From Blastocladiella emersonii ATCC 22665 (lineage: Eukaryota > Fungi > Blastocladiomycota): a DNA stretch of 64,000 bases. Numbering within the stretch: the stretch's first letter is position 1; each line of letters opens with the position of its first letter. The stretch spans positions 496,001 to 560,000 of the forward strand of contig JANHCV010000011.1 of NCBI GenBank assembly GCA_025594325.1, given 5' to 3'. Both the position numbers and the translations under genes were made by a program. Shown piece by piece: positions 47,121-58,221 of this stretch. Under the pieces are notes generated by a model, which was not told the DNA's origin, did not search any database, and was given only the letters and a program-made list of their open reading frames with translations.

Positions 47121-48022
47121 ATGATGCAACAGCACAAGCCAGCGACGTGGAATGTGACGGTCGAGTATGGCGGCGACCAGCGCTACCTCGGCGACCTGCC
47201 CGACGGATGGGAGGCGGCCGTTGCGCCGTGCGGACGCGTTTATTTTGCCAAGTATGCGCTCAACGACATTTCTTTGTTAGCGGGAACTGTGTTTAACGAT
47301 GAATCGCGTGTAGCCACGCCAAACGCATTACGACATGGGTCGACCCGCGCACGGCGTCCCTGCGCCTCAGTGAGCGCGAGCCGCGCGTTCCAGGAGGTGC
47401 GGATCTCGCTGACCATGACGGCGGTCGCCATGGATGCTCACCCGACAAGCTGCGCGTAGACCTTCCGTACGGGTGGGAGGAGGCGGTCGACGACTCTGGC
47501 GCCACGTACTTCATCCACCATCCGTCGCGCCGTGTGACGCTGGACGATCCGACGCGGGCGGCGCCCAAGTCGATCCGGTACCTGCCGTCGCCGTACACGG
47601 ACAAGAGCTGCCGCGAGGTGACGGCCGACTTCAAGCGGCGCGCTGCGGCGTACTGGTCGCGGCAGGTGCAGGACATTGAGTACGAGTACCGCCGCGCGAC
47701 GCGCGAGGAAGTACCTCTGGCCAAGTCGGACGGCGTCACACAGCCAAAGGCGGCGGATCATGACGCGATCCAGGCCGGTAGCGGGAAGCGGAGCCGCAGC
47801 CGGAGTCGCCGCCGCACGCGCTCGCGGGGCAGTAGCCGTGGCCCGTCCAGCGAGCCGAGCTACACGTACGCGTCGGCGGGATCGAGCTCGGCTGGCGACG
47901 CCAGCGACGCCAGCGCGCTCACGCCCAAGCACCTCGCCCAGCCGACTGCACAGGCCGCTGCCCCCGGTCCGCTTCATGGGAGCCCGTCCCGGACCAAGGC
48001 GAAGCGGGCGGCGGCGGTGTAA
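47121..48022 (+). CDS. Tandem WW-domain protein, 2 introns
   Basis: Spliced [31 protein letters not shown] and DLPYGWEEAVDDSGATYFIHHPSRRVTLDDP, followed by an RS-rich tail. Confidence 0.8.
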
Positions 48023-48398
48023 CCAAGGGAACTGGTGTAGCGTGCCGCAATGTAGAGAGAACAGACTAGAATAGATGATGCAGACGATGATGCAGTCGGA
48101 GCCCGGGCCCGGAACGGGTGCCGCGCAGGGTGCCGCGCGAGCAAACCGTTCGGGCGCGAGTCAGGCGGAGCAGGCCGGAAGCGCGCGTCACGTGCAGTGC
48201 GCCGGCGTTGGCGGCACCAAGGGAACTGGCGGCACGCGCTGCTCTCGGGCGCGGCCGGAACGCTTGGCCTCGCCGCGCTGCTCGAGCCGCCCTCACCGGC
48301 CTCGACGCCGACGAGTATAAAGAGAGCGCGCGCCCCGCCCCTCGCTGGCTCCCTCAACCGCCCTTCAGTTGCCGCCCTCGCCCATCCCATCCGTCACC

Positions 48399-48879
48399 AT
48401 GTCCGCGTATGTCATCCATGCATCGACCACACGGACCCGGCTCGACGCGTCGGTCGCGTCCCGCGCGCGTCGCCACCATGGAACGGACTCGCATGCTGAC
48501 GCGCATGCCCCGCTGCCCACCCTAGCTTCGGTATCGTCCGCACCGCCTTCGACCTCGTGCTTGTCTCGACCGTGTTTGCCGGCATCCGCCGCTCGTCTGG
48601 CTTCGGTACGCGCCCCGCGTGCGGCCCCTCGTCGCTATCCCGAGACTGACGCGTTCCCGTCGCGAACAGTTGTTGCCACCGACAAGATCGAGTCGGAGCC
48701 CGTGCGCTTTGTCGCCGACAAGTTCTTTGTATGTTGCTCGAGCTCAGCAGTGCACTCGCACGAGTCCCGCCGCTCACCGTGTCCCCCCGAACCATGTGTA
48801 GGAGTCTGGCGAGTGGGTCATGGACCGGTCGGTCGAGGGCCTGTCGCGCTACCCGACCGTCTTCTCGCGCAAGAACTAA
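48399..48879 (+). CDS. ATG44: 74-aa DUF1748 / Atg44 (mitofissin)-like microprotein; exons 48399-48406, 48526-48605, 48670-48728, 48802-48879
   Basis: Canonical introns give MSAFGIVRTAFDLVLVSTVFAGIRRSSGFVVATDKIESEPVRFVADKFFESGEWVMDRSVEGLSRYPTVFSRKN. The family pattern DxVLxSTxxAGIRRxxG...GExxxDxSV is present, and a TATAAAA lies ~85 bp upstream. Confidence 0.82.
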
Positions 48880-49912
48880 GGCGCCGTGTGAGGCGCCGCG
48901 ATGGCCGCGCGTCCTGCGACGCGGTCGGCCGTGCTCTCGGGCGGCCAGCTCCTCGCGTCGCTACCGGGAACCTCCCCCGCCCAGAGCTGGTCGGCTGCGC
49001 CGCGGGACCGCCGCCCCGCGTAACGGGAACCGTCGGTCGCAGGGCACGCTGGCGGTGCCGAGCGCGCCGCGGCAGTGCAGGTCTCGGGCTCGCCGGGGAT
49101 CGTCGCGCTGGTCCTGGACCCCGACGGGTCGGTCCGGTCACCGGTCGCCGGTCCTCATCCGGACCCTGTCGGTGGTGCCTCCATCCCGCGAGACTGGCAC
49201 CGCTCGCGCCCGATACCTGCCCTCCGTGGTGCCCGTCCCCGCCGCGTGTCCTGCGGCCTGTCCTCGCCCTGCTTGTCCCTCCTTTCCTTCATCCACTACC
49301 CCCCCTCCCTGCGAGGTGCGCCGCCTCGCACCGCCCCTCTCCCGCCCTCCATGTACATACCTCTCGTCGGCGGATCCCGCTAGTAGACCGTTCTTCTCCC
49401 ACTCTGCAACACGTTTCCATGAGCACTTCCCGTGAAGTCGGCAGCTCGCGGACACAACGTCTCCCTCTTGCCTTCCCGGAGCCCTTGACCGGGGCCACGC
49501 AGCGAGAACGGGGAGCAGGAGACCCTTCGCGATGCTGCCCGCCCACACGCCCGCGCAAGCGACCAGTGTGGAAACCCGCTGCGGCACGCTCATGAGAACG
49601 CGACCTCGGCCAGCATGTTCTTTTCAACCTCGGCCTGCCTCGCTCGGCCGTCCGCTCTCCCTTCCCCGCAGCAACAAGGCCCCATCGGCGAGCCCGCCCC
49701 CGCCCTTCCCTGTCCCGCCGCACACTTGAGCGCTCCGCGGGCCTGCGATCGCTCGCGCCCCGCCCCGCCTGCCTCTTTACAACAGGCGTACTTGCTCAAC
49801 CTTGCTCTCATCCTGATCACGGTGCGTAGCGAGCGTGGGTGGCGAGATGATCGACGCGTTACAACGTTCATGAACGCCGGCTGACGTCGCTCCCGTCCCT
49901 CGCCCGCCTCGT

Positions 49913-52900
49913 ATGCATCTGCCCGCCGTCGCCCAGGCCCCGGACTTGGTGCACGCTGCTCGCGCCCTCCTCGCCATGGATCCGCGCCGCCCGTCCGATG
50001 CGCGCCACGCCGCCGCCGTCGACCGCCGCACCCACAGCCCGCCGTCGCATCACAGCAGCCACAGCCACCACACCATGCGTCGCCACCACCATGCCGGCAC
50101 CGCCAGCTGCGCGCACACGCAGCACCAGCACCGGCACCAGTTCCTCGCTGCGCCTGGCCAGCTCGTCACGCCGCCGTCGACTCCGGCCTCGGACGTCGGC
50201 AGCGTCGTCTCGCTCGCCGTCCCCGCTACGGGCGGCCGCCGCTCGGTCGCCTCGTCGCTCGCCGGCTGCTGTGACGAGCTGAACGAGGCGGACGACGACG
50301 CGTGCCCCGTCGCCGGCTGCGCCTACTGCGTGCGCACCAAGCGCGCCTCGTCCGCCGCCGCGAGCGTTGCGGGCAGTTCGGCCAGCGCGTGCGAGGATCC
50401 CTCGTGCGCTGCCGCCGGCTGCTGCTCCGCCAGCGACGTGTGCGCCAGCTCGGCCGCCGCGCCGTGCGACGACCCGTCGTGCTCGCTCCTCGGCTGCCGC
50501 CCGCCGTCGCGCCGCATGAGCGCCGACAGCACCGCCACCTCCATGCTCACGTCCGTGTCCCGCGTCGTCACCTCCAACACCACCACTGCCGCTACCCGCC
50601 CGTCCCCGCCGTACCTGTGCACCGACCCGCGCCACGACCGCGCCCTCGCCGACTGCGCCGACCTGCGCCGCGCCCTCGACCGTGCCGAGCGCGACGCTGT
50701 CGATCACCGCCGCGCGCTCGACGCCGCCAAGGACGAGGCGGCCCGCATGCGCACCGAGCTCGCCGCCGCCACCAAGGCCGCCGAGACTGCGTGCCTCGCC
50801 GCCGAGCAGACCCACGAGGTCACCCAGCGCCTCCACGCCGTCCTCACTGCACAGCGCGAGCGCGCCGAAAAGTTCAAGGCCGACGCGGTCGCCGCCCGCA
50901 AGGAGGCCGCCGCGCTCCGCGCCAAGGTCACTGACCTCGAGGCGCAGCTCGCTGAGGCGCGCAAGGTCAAGTTGCGCGGGACGGCGGGTCGGACCGGTGC
51001 TGGTGCTGGCGGGAACGGCGGCGGGAGCTACATGACGGACTCGGCCATGGTGCAGTCGCTCGCATCGCTGCCCGGCGGGCCCGGTGACGCGGACGGCACG
51101 AGCAGCGACGACGATGACGACGACTCGGGCATGGCCGTCGCCAACATCATTGCGCCGACCTTTGCCAACGTCTGGCGCGCGCCCGCGCCCGCCTCGGGCT
51201 TCACGGCGCGCTCGACCCCCGAGCCCGCATCCTCGTCCTCATCGTCGTCGTTTGGCAGCTCGCCGCCCTCGTCGCCCATGGCCGAGCGCAAGCTGGCGGT
51301 GACCGCTGTCGAGAGTACCATCACGCGTTGCCTTTCGCCGACTGCGCTGGACACGACGGTGGCGGTCGCGCCCGTCGCGGCTGTGGTCTCGTCGCCGTCC
51401 CGCCGCCGCACAATCGGCGGTCGCACCGCGTCGCAGACCGCCGAGCGCAAGCTGTCCGCGCCCACGAGCCCGGTTCCCGAGTACTATTCTATCCCGTCCT
51501 CCCTGCCCTCGCCCAACGAGTCGCCTGGGCCCGAGTCGTGCGTCGCTGCCGTCACCGCCGACACTGCTCTCGCTGCCGATACCCTGTCGGCGCTGACGGC
51601 GGCGACTGCTGTGACGTCCACGACCGTGGCCCGGCTCGCTCCACCTACCATGTTCGATTCACTCACCACCCTGCCGCCCACTCCCTCACCCACCGTTTCC
51701 ATGTTTGCTCCCTCTGCTGCCGCGTCCTACGCTTCGTCCGTCTCCTCGGCTTTTTCCGACCACGGATCCCAACACGACCCACGCTCGCCAACCACCGACT
51801 CGGACGGCGACCGCGTCAACCTGCACCACCACCACCACCACCTCGACGATGACGACGACGACGACGATCTCATCGTGTTTCGCCCCGCGCCGCAACGCGA
51901 CCGTGCCACCACTACGACCACGACCACCACGTTCGCCGCGCCACTGCAACTCGCGCAACCAGCACCGCTCGCTCCGCTCTCGCACTCGCACCGCCCGCTC
52001 GCACCATCCGCATTGATACCCGCGGTCCTGGCGCGCCCGCCGCGGCCGCCGTCACCCGCGGCAAGCTCGAGCCCCGCGAGCGGTCCGGCTCCGCCTCCTC
52101 TACCAGCTCCACTTCCACTGTGCGCGGCAACTCGGCCTCCCTCGCCACCTCGCCCGTCGCCCCTACTGCAGCCACCGCAGCAGCAGCAACCAGCGCCGCC
52201 GGCACCGCCTCGATCGACGACCCCGCCACCGTGCCCCTCGCCCGCCGTATCGCCACCCTGTTCGGCGGCGGGTTCCGCAGCCCTGCTGCTCGCGCCCAGC
52301 CCGGCTCCACCAGCGCAGCCGGCAGCGGCAACCGCGTCGGCCGTGGTGCACGTCGCGAAGACGACCACGCCGTCTCGATCGCGGCCGCCGCGGATTCAGA
52401 TCCACCTGCACCTGCCGGGCAGTCGGGCGAAGCGGGTCGCGACGACGCAGCGGCGGCCCGTCGTCGAGGTGCCGATCCGAGTGCCGCGGCGCGCGCGGAG
52501 TAGGAGCCGGTCGCGCGCGGCGCTCTCGTCGTCGTTCGATGACGGGACTACTGTGTGCAACGACGAGGTTCTCGACGTCAGCGACGACGATGACGGCACC
52601 GCCAGCTGCGTGCCCGGCTCGTGGGCGGCGGGGCTCGACGACGAGTTTGACTTTGACCAGCCCGCGCCGTCACCGCCTCCGCTTCCTTCTTCTCCTTCTC
52701 CTTCTCCTGTACCCTCTGACCTTCCGCCTCCTCCCCTCGAGCATCCTCTATCCCCTACACTGCCCTCGCAATTCCCCTTCCCGGCGTCTGTACCAGTACC
52801 TTCCCCCTCGCCGATACCTCCCCCTGTTCCCAACGACACGCCGACCATGACCGCGATGAAGAGCGCGGTTGGACTCGGCGAACACCACCAGCTCGCCGAT

Positions 52901-53065
52901 CTGTCCAAGACCGCCGCTCCGCACCCGCAACCTCAACTCGTGGTCCACCAGGGCGACGACGAGTCGGCCCTCCTCGGCCCGCGGGCCCGCGCCGCGCTCG
53001 CTGTCGTCGCCCTCAACGCGCTCCTGTTCACTCGCGCGGCCATGTCGCCGTCGTGCGGGTCGTGA
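49913..53065 (+). CDS. 1050-aa low-complexity protein (His-rich and Cys-rich N-terminal patches, coiled coil, Pro/Ser-rich body)
   Basis: Long uninterrupted ORF with C-ending codon bias; no recognisable family. Confidence 0.7.
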   Translation: MHLPAVAQAPDLVHAARALLAMDPRRPSDARHAAAVDRRTHSPPSHHSSHSHHTMRRHHHAGTASCAHTQHQHRHQFLAAPGQLVTPPSTPASDVGSVVSLAVPATGGRRSVASSLAGCCDELNEADDDACPVAGCAYCVRTKRASSAAASVAGSSASACEDPSCAAAGCCSASDVCASSAAAPCDDPSCSLLGCRPPSRRMSADSTATSMLTSVSRVVTSNTTTAATRPSPPYLCTDPRHDRALADCADLRRALDRAERDAVDHRRALDAAKDEAARMRTELAAATKAAETACLAAEQTHEVTQRLHAVLTAQRERAEKFKADAVAARKEAAALRAKVTDLEAQLAEARKVKLRGTAGRTGAGAGGNGGGSYMTDSAMVQSLASLPGGPGDADGTSSDDDDDDSGMAVANIIAPTFANVWRAPAPASGFTARSTPEPASSSSSSSFGSSPPSSPMAERKLAVTAVESTITRCLSPTALDTTVAVAPVAAVVSSPSRRRTIGGRTASQTAERKLSAPTSPVPEYYSIPSSLPSPNESPGPESCVAAVTADTALAADTLSALTAATAVTSTTVARLAPPTMFDSLTTLPPTPSPTVSMFAPSAAASYASSVSSAFSDHGSQHDPRSPTTDSDGDRVNLHHHHHHLDDDDDDDDLIVFRPAPQRDRATTTTTTTTFAAPLQLAQPAPLAPLSHSHRPLAPSALIPAVLARPPRPPSPAASSSPASGPAPPPLPAPLPLCAATRPPSPPRPSPLLQPPQQQQPAPPAPPRSTTPPPCPSPAVSPPCSAAGSAALLLAPSPAPPAQPAAATASAVVHVAKTTTPSRSRPPRIQIHLHLPGSRAKRVATTQRRPVVEVPIRVPRRARSRSRSRAALSSSFDDGTTVCNDEVLDVSDDDDGTASCVPGSWAAGLDDEFDFDQPAPSPPPLPSSPSPSPVPSDLPPPPLEHPLSPTLPSQFPFPASVPVPSPSPIPPPVPNDTPTMTAMKSAVGLGEHHQLADLSKTAAPHPQPQLVVHQGDDESALLGPRARAALAVVALNALLFTRAAMSPSCGS

Positions 53066-53136
53066 TTTGTCGTCGTTGTGAACATGTTCTCCCTCTTTTC
53101 TGTGTGCATCCACGACGCCATTGAGGGGCATTAGAG

Positions 53137-53156
53137 CAGGGGTGCTAGCACCCCTG
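53137..53156. other. Perfect 20-bp palindrome CAGGGGTGCTAGCACCCCTG in an intergenic region
   Basis: Self-complementary; lies between the 3' end of the 1050-aa gene and the GPX promoter. Confidence 0.6.
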
Positions 53157-53529
53157 ATCAGAGCTAAAACGGGCCATGCTCGAGCGAGTCCCGCAACCTC
53201 GGCCGCGGCACATCGGAAGCGCGTCACTCAAATGCACGTGATCGCTGGAACCCGAAACTCGCGTTTTCAGCGCCGCCGGCGTGTCGGGAGGGTCCGCGAT
53301 CGCGTCAGCGACCTCGTCCGCGTCAAGTCGTTGGGGCGAGGCGGAGCGTGGGAGGCTGGCCGCATTCCCATGCGGGCCGGAGCATAGCCGATCGAGCGCG
53401 CGGGTGCTGACCGATGTCCGCCCGCCCACGCGAGCCGACGCGTTCGCCGAGTTCGCGCCTCAAAAGCGGGCTTCGTCGCGCTCCCCTCCTCGCTCTCCTC
53501 ACGCATTGCAAGGACGTTTTTTGAATCGC

Positions 53530-54162
53530 ATGAGCATGGCCGACTTCTACTCGCTCACCGCCACCGACGCCAAGAAGGGCGAGTTCAGCTTCGCCTCGCT
53601 CAAGGGCAAGGCCCGTCTGCGGCCGATCGACCAGCGGGTTCGCGAGGTTGTCGGCTGACACGGTCCCTCCGCTGTATATCTAGGTCGTCCTCATCGTGAA
53701 CGTCGCGTCCAAGTGCGGGTACGTCTGTTCGCCTCACGCGGCGCACGCGCCAGGACCGTCCCGCTCACCCACCACTCACTCGCCCGCCCTCACAGGTACA
53801 CGAAGCAGTACTCTGGCCTCGAGCAGCTGTACAAGGACCACCACGCGCAGGGCCTCGAGATCGTCGGTTTCCCGTGCAACCAGTTTGGCGGGCAGGAGCC
53901 CGGCACCGAGGCCGAGATCTTACAGTTCTGCTCGCTCAACTACGGCGTGACGTTCCCCGTGCTGGCCAAGGTCGAGGTCAACGGGGCCGGCGAGCACCCC
54001 GTCTACAAGTTCCTCAAGGGCCACACGACGCCCGCGACGCCGTCCATCTCTTGGAACTTTGAGAAGTTCCTCGTTGACCGCAGCGGCAAGGTCGTGGCCC
54101 GGTTCCCGTCCAGCGTCACGCCCGAGCAGCTCGTCAAGGAGATCGAGCCGCTGCTCAAGTAG
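53530..54162 (+). CDS. GPX: Cys-type glutathione peroxidase (Gpx/Hyr1 family); introns 53611-53683 (GC-AG) and 53719-53795
   Basis: KGKVVLIVNVASKCGYT, GFPCNQFGGQEPG and WNFEKFLVD. The spliced length is 161 codons. Confidence 0.95.
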
Positions 54163-54368
54163 ACGGCGCGCCTGTGGCCGAGGGTGCGCGCAGTGAGTTG
54201 ATACATCGCAGTTTGCCTCTCCTCTTCAGTCTGTCACTCCCGCGCCTCTCGTCAGGCGAACCTGAGAGCGCTACCGACCGAGGCGGATATCGTATGCTAA
54301 ATAATCGTCCATACAAGTGTGCAATGCAAGCGCGTCCTGGGTATCAATCAGGTCGGGCGGAACCGCGT

Positions 54369-57300
54369 CTAGTTCGCGTCGCTCGGCTCCTCCTGCTGCT
54401 CGCCGTTGTCGCCTGTACTTGCTGGCTGGGCGGCGAAGGAGAAGACGGACGGTGCGCCGGCCGTGGAACTTGCCGGGGCGGCGAACGAGAAACCACCCAT
54501 ACCGGTGCTCGGTGCGGCGGCGCCGAACGAGAAACCGGTCGTGCCGGTACCCGGCGCGGCGGCGCCGTACGAGAACATGGGCCCGAACGCGGACGCGTTC
54601 GACGCAGCGGGAGCGCCGGCGGTGAAGTTGAAGGCAGGAGGCGCGGTCGGCGCGGTCGAGGTCGTGGGAGCCGTGGCCGAGGGGACGCTGCCGAACGAGA
54701 TCGCGGGCGCGGCGGCGCTGCTTGCGGGAGTGGACGCCGATGTGCTGTTGCCGAACGAGAAGCCGGATCCGGCGCCACCAAACGAGAACCCGGGCACGGT
54801 GCTACCCGATGGCGCCGCGGTGTTGCCGAAAGAGAAACCGCTGGGCGCCTGCACCGTGGAGCCGCCAAACGCGAACGCGGTCGGCGGAGCGGGCATCGTG
54901 GGGCCGCCGAAAGTCGCGGCGGCAGCGGGCATGGCCGGAGCAGCCGACGACGGCGGGGCGGGGGCGGTGGTGTCGTTGGCAGAGCGCGCCGTCTCGCACG
55001 AGATGCACTGGGACGCCGACTGGGTGTTCTTGACACCGCACGTTGAGCACGTCCACTTGCCCGCGTTCTGCGCGGCGAGAGCAGCGAAGGGATTGTCTGT
55101 CGCGGCGGCAGCGGGTGGTGCAGGTGGGGCGGCAGGCATGGGGGTGGGGGGCGTGAAGCCGAACGAGGCCCCGAAAGGAGCGGGTGCAGCAGCAGGGGCG
55201 GGTGTCGAAGCGGCGGACGCCGCTCCAGCGCGAGGCGTGTCGCACGCGATGCACTGGGACGCCGACTGGGTGTTCTTGACGTCGCACGCCGAGCACGTCC
55301 ACTTGCCCGCGTTCTGCGCGGCGAGAGCAGCGAAGGGGTTGTCTGCCGCGGCGGCAGCGGGTGGTGCAATGGAGGCGGCGGGCGCGGGGGCAGTGGGCGT
55401 GAAGCCGAACGAGCCCCCAGAAGGAGCGGGTGCAGCGGCAGATGACGCTCCAGCGCGAGGCGTGTCGCACGCGATGCACTGGGACGCCGACTGGGCATTC
55501 TTGACGTCGCACGCCGAGCACGTCCACTTGCCCGCGTTCTGCGCGGCGAGCGCGGCGAAGGGGTTGGCGGCCGCGGCGGCAGCAGGCGGCGCAGCAGCAG
55601 AGGCGAACGTCGACGCCGCGGACGCCGCTCCCGCGCGAGGGGTGTCGCACGCGACGCACTGGGCCGCCGACTGGGCGTTCTTGACGTCGCACGCCGAACA
55701 CGTCCACTTGCCCGCGTTCTGCGCGGCAAGCGCGGCGAAGGGGTTGTCTGCCGTGGCGGCAGCCGAAGGTGCAGCGGGGGCGGCAGGCGCGGGGGTCGGG
55801 AGCGAGAACCCGAACGAACCGAAAGAGGCGGTCGGAGCAGCAGGAAGGGTCGGAGGTGCGGCGGCACTGGTCGTGGAAGCGCCGGGCTGGAGCGTGTCGC
55901 ACGAGATGCACTTGTCGGCCGATTTGGCGTTGGACACGCAGCACGTGGGACACGTCCACTTGGCCGGGTCCTTTTTCGTGAAGCGAGCGAACGGGTTCTC
56001 GGTGGAAGACGGCGCGGTAGTGGCCGACGACGGGGCGGGCGGTGCAGGAGCGGGCGCAGCGGCAGGGGCGACAGTCGACGCTGCGGACGATGATCCAGCG
56101 CGAGGGGTCTCGCACGAGATGCAGCCGCTGGCCGACTGCGCGTTCTTGACGCCGCATGTCGAGCACGTCCACTTGCCCGCGTTCTGCGCAGCGAGCGCGG
56201 CGAAGGGGTTGACGTCGAGGGAAGGACCCGTCGGCGCGCTGGAAGAAGCGGGTGCCGGCGCAGGCGCGGCCGTAGATGTTGAGGAAGGCACCACCGCGCC
56301 CGACGTGGCGGCAGCGGCTGTGGACGAGCTCGATGATGACGACGAAGCCGTGCTCGAGTCGGCAGCACGGGCGGGGCGAGGCGGCGCAGTGAAGGGGAAC
56401 TTGGCGACGAGTGCCGCGTCCGACTTTGGCGCGTCGGCGGGCGCACCGGACGGGGCGTAGGGGAACGAGAACTGCGAGGTCGAGGCCGCGGAGGCGGAGG
56501 ACGACGAGGACGCAGCCGGAGCGGCGGCCGCCTTGCCCGTGTTGCTCTTGCGCGAGGTCTTGATGGGCTCGGGCGCAGTCGGCGGGGCGGCGGGCAGCTC
56601 GGCCGAGGTGGTGATGCGAGTCTGGGCGCCGCCGAAGGCGACGCGGTTGAGCGAGCGGGTGAAGACCGAGGAGGGCGCGGTCGGGGTGGACGAGGTGTCG
56701 GAGGGCGAGTCGGCGGAGGACGAGGACGAGATGGCGCCGCCGAGGGTCATGCCGAACGAGGGCGTGGTGAGCGAGTCGGCGATCGCCGAGGCAGCAGCGA
56801 GGGCGGCAGCAGGACGCGATGGGGCGCGAGGCGAGGCCGAGGAGGAGGACGCGGCGGCAGGTGCGCTGAAGGTGAAGCCGCGCGAGGCGGGCGCAGCGAG
56901 GTCGGGCGTGCCGAGCTCGGGGGTGGGCGAGCGAGCGAGGGTCGGCGTCGCGGCCGAGGCAGCAGCCGACGCGGCGGCAGCAGCGGAACTCGCGGCAGTC
57001 GACGAACGCGGTGGCGAGGCCGGGGCGAGGAGGGGCGACTTGACACGAGTCCGCTTGCCCGCGGGGGCCGCGTCGTCGTCGCTGTCCTCGTCCGAGGTGC
57101 GCTTCTGCTTCTGCTTGGCGAGCTTGACAATGTCGTCGAGGTCTACGTGTGCGCGCTCACGGACGCGTCAGAGGGACCGCTGTGCTACGGGGCGCAGAGG
57201 CAGAGCGCGAAACGGACCGCGCGAGGACATGGTGTCGGTGCGGCGAATCTTGGTCCGGCGCTCGTCGGGGGCCGCGAAGATCTCGTTGCGCGCGCGCTTG

Positions 57301-57935
57301 CGGGCAACCTCGAGCGGCTCCATGCTGCGCACGCGGGCCGCGTCCTCGGGGAACACGTCGGGGCGCAGGATCAAGCGGCGCACGGTGCGGGCGGGCGCGC
57401 GTAACGCCGCGGGCGGGGCCAGCGACGGCACGGTGCGGGCGGGCGCCGTGAAGGTGAAGGAGGAGGATGCGGCGGGTCGCGGCGGGAAGAGCGAGTCGAA
57501 CGAGAGGTCGGCGGACGTGGGCGGCGCGGACTCGGCCGAAAGCAGGTCGCGCGCAGTGGACGAACGCGTGGGATCGCGGCTGGCGCGCGCGGCGGCCTCG
57601 TCGTGGACGAGGAGCGCGTCGGCGTGCATGGAGCTGGAGCGCTCGATGCGCGTCAGGATGTCGGCGACGGCCGCGTACGACTCGCCGAAGCTCAGCGCGC
57701 GCTCCGCGAGCAGCGACCGGCTGCGGCGCGCCGAGGCCGGCTGCGGCGCGGTGCTGCGGCCACGGGGCGACGGCTCGGCCGAGCTCGGGACGGTCGCGGC
57801 GGGATCGACGTCGGCATCGGCGTCGGCGGGCCTCAGCGGGGTGGCCGGCATGTCGGTGCTGGCGCCGGCGCGCGCGCCGTCGGCCGACGAGCCCTCGAGG
57901 AGCTCGGCAAAATACTTTGGGTTGAGCACTCCCAT
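54369..57935 (-). CDS. Nup153-like FG nucleoporin with six RanBP2-type zinc fingers (~1163 aa; intron 57143-57217)
   Basis: Six W-T-C-x2-C-x3-N-x6-C-x2-C fingers, C-terminal FSFG/FAFG/FNF repeats, and basic NLS-like patches in the N-terminal part. Confidence 0.85.
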
Positions 57936-58221
57936 GGGTGCGTGCCGGTGCGCAAGTCGGGATCGGCTGCTTGCTCGAGGTCGAGTGAGGAGAATGAGAC
58001 CGCGGAGCGCGAGCCGCGCGCAGCGACCCTGAGACTAAAACACCTCACATGACCGGGATCTCTTGACTGAGATGATGGGCGCGCCATGTGACGCTGGATT
58101 CGGCCCGCTTCGACCTCGCGCTGGCCCCCGCTGCGCCGATCGCTCGCTCGCAACTGTCTCCAGCTTGAACGACCCTCCGCACGGCTCGCCGGGGAAGACT
58201 CTTACCGCCTGCATTCTCATC

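Noticed and set aside
53714-53716. Possible selenocysteine GPX (some early-diverging fungi use Sec)
   Set aside because: The active-site codon is TGC (Cys), not TGA.
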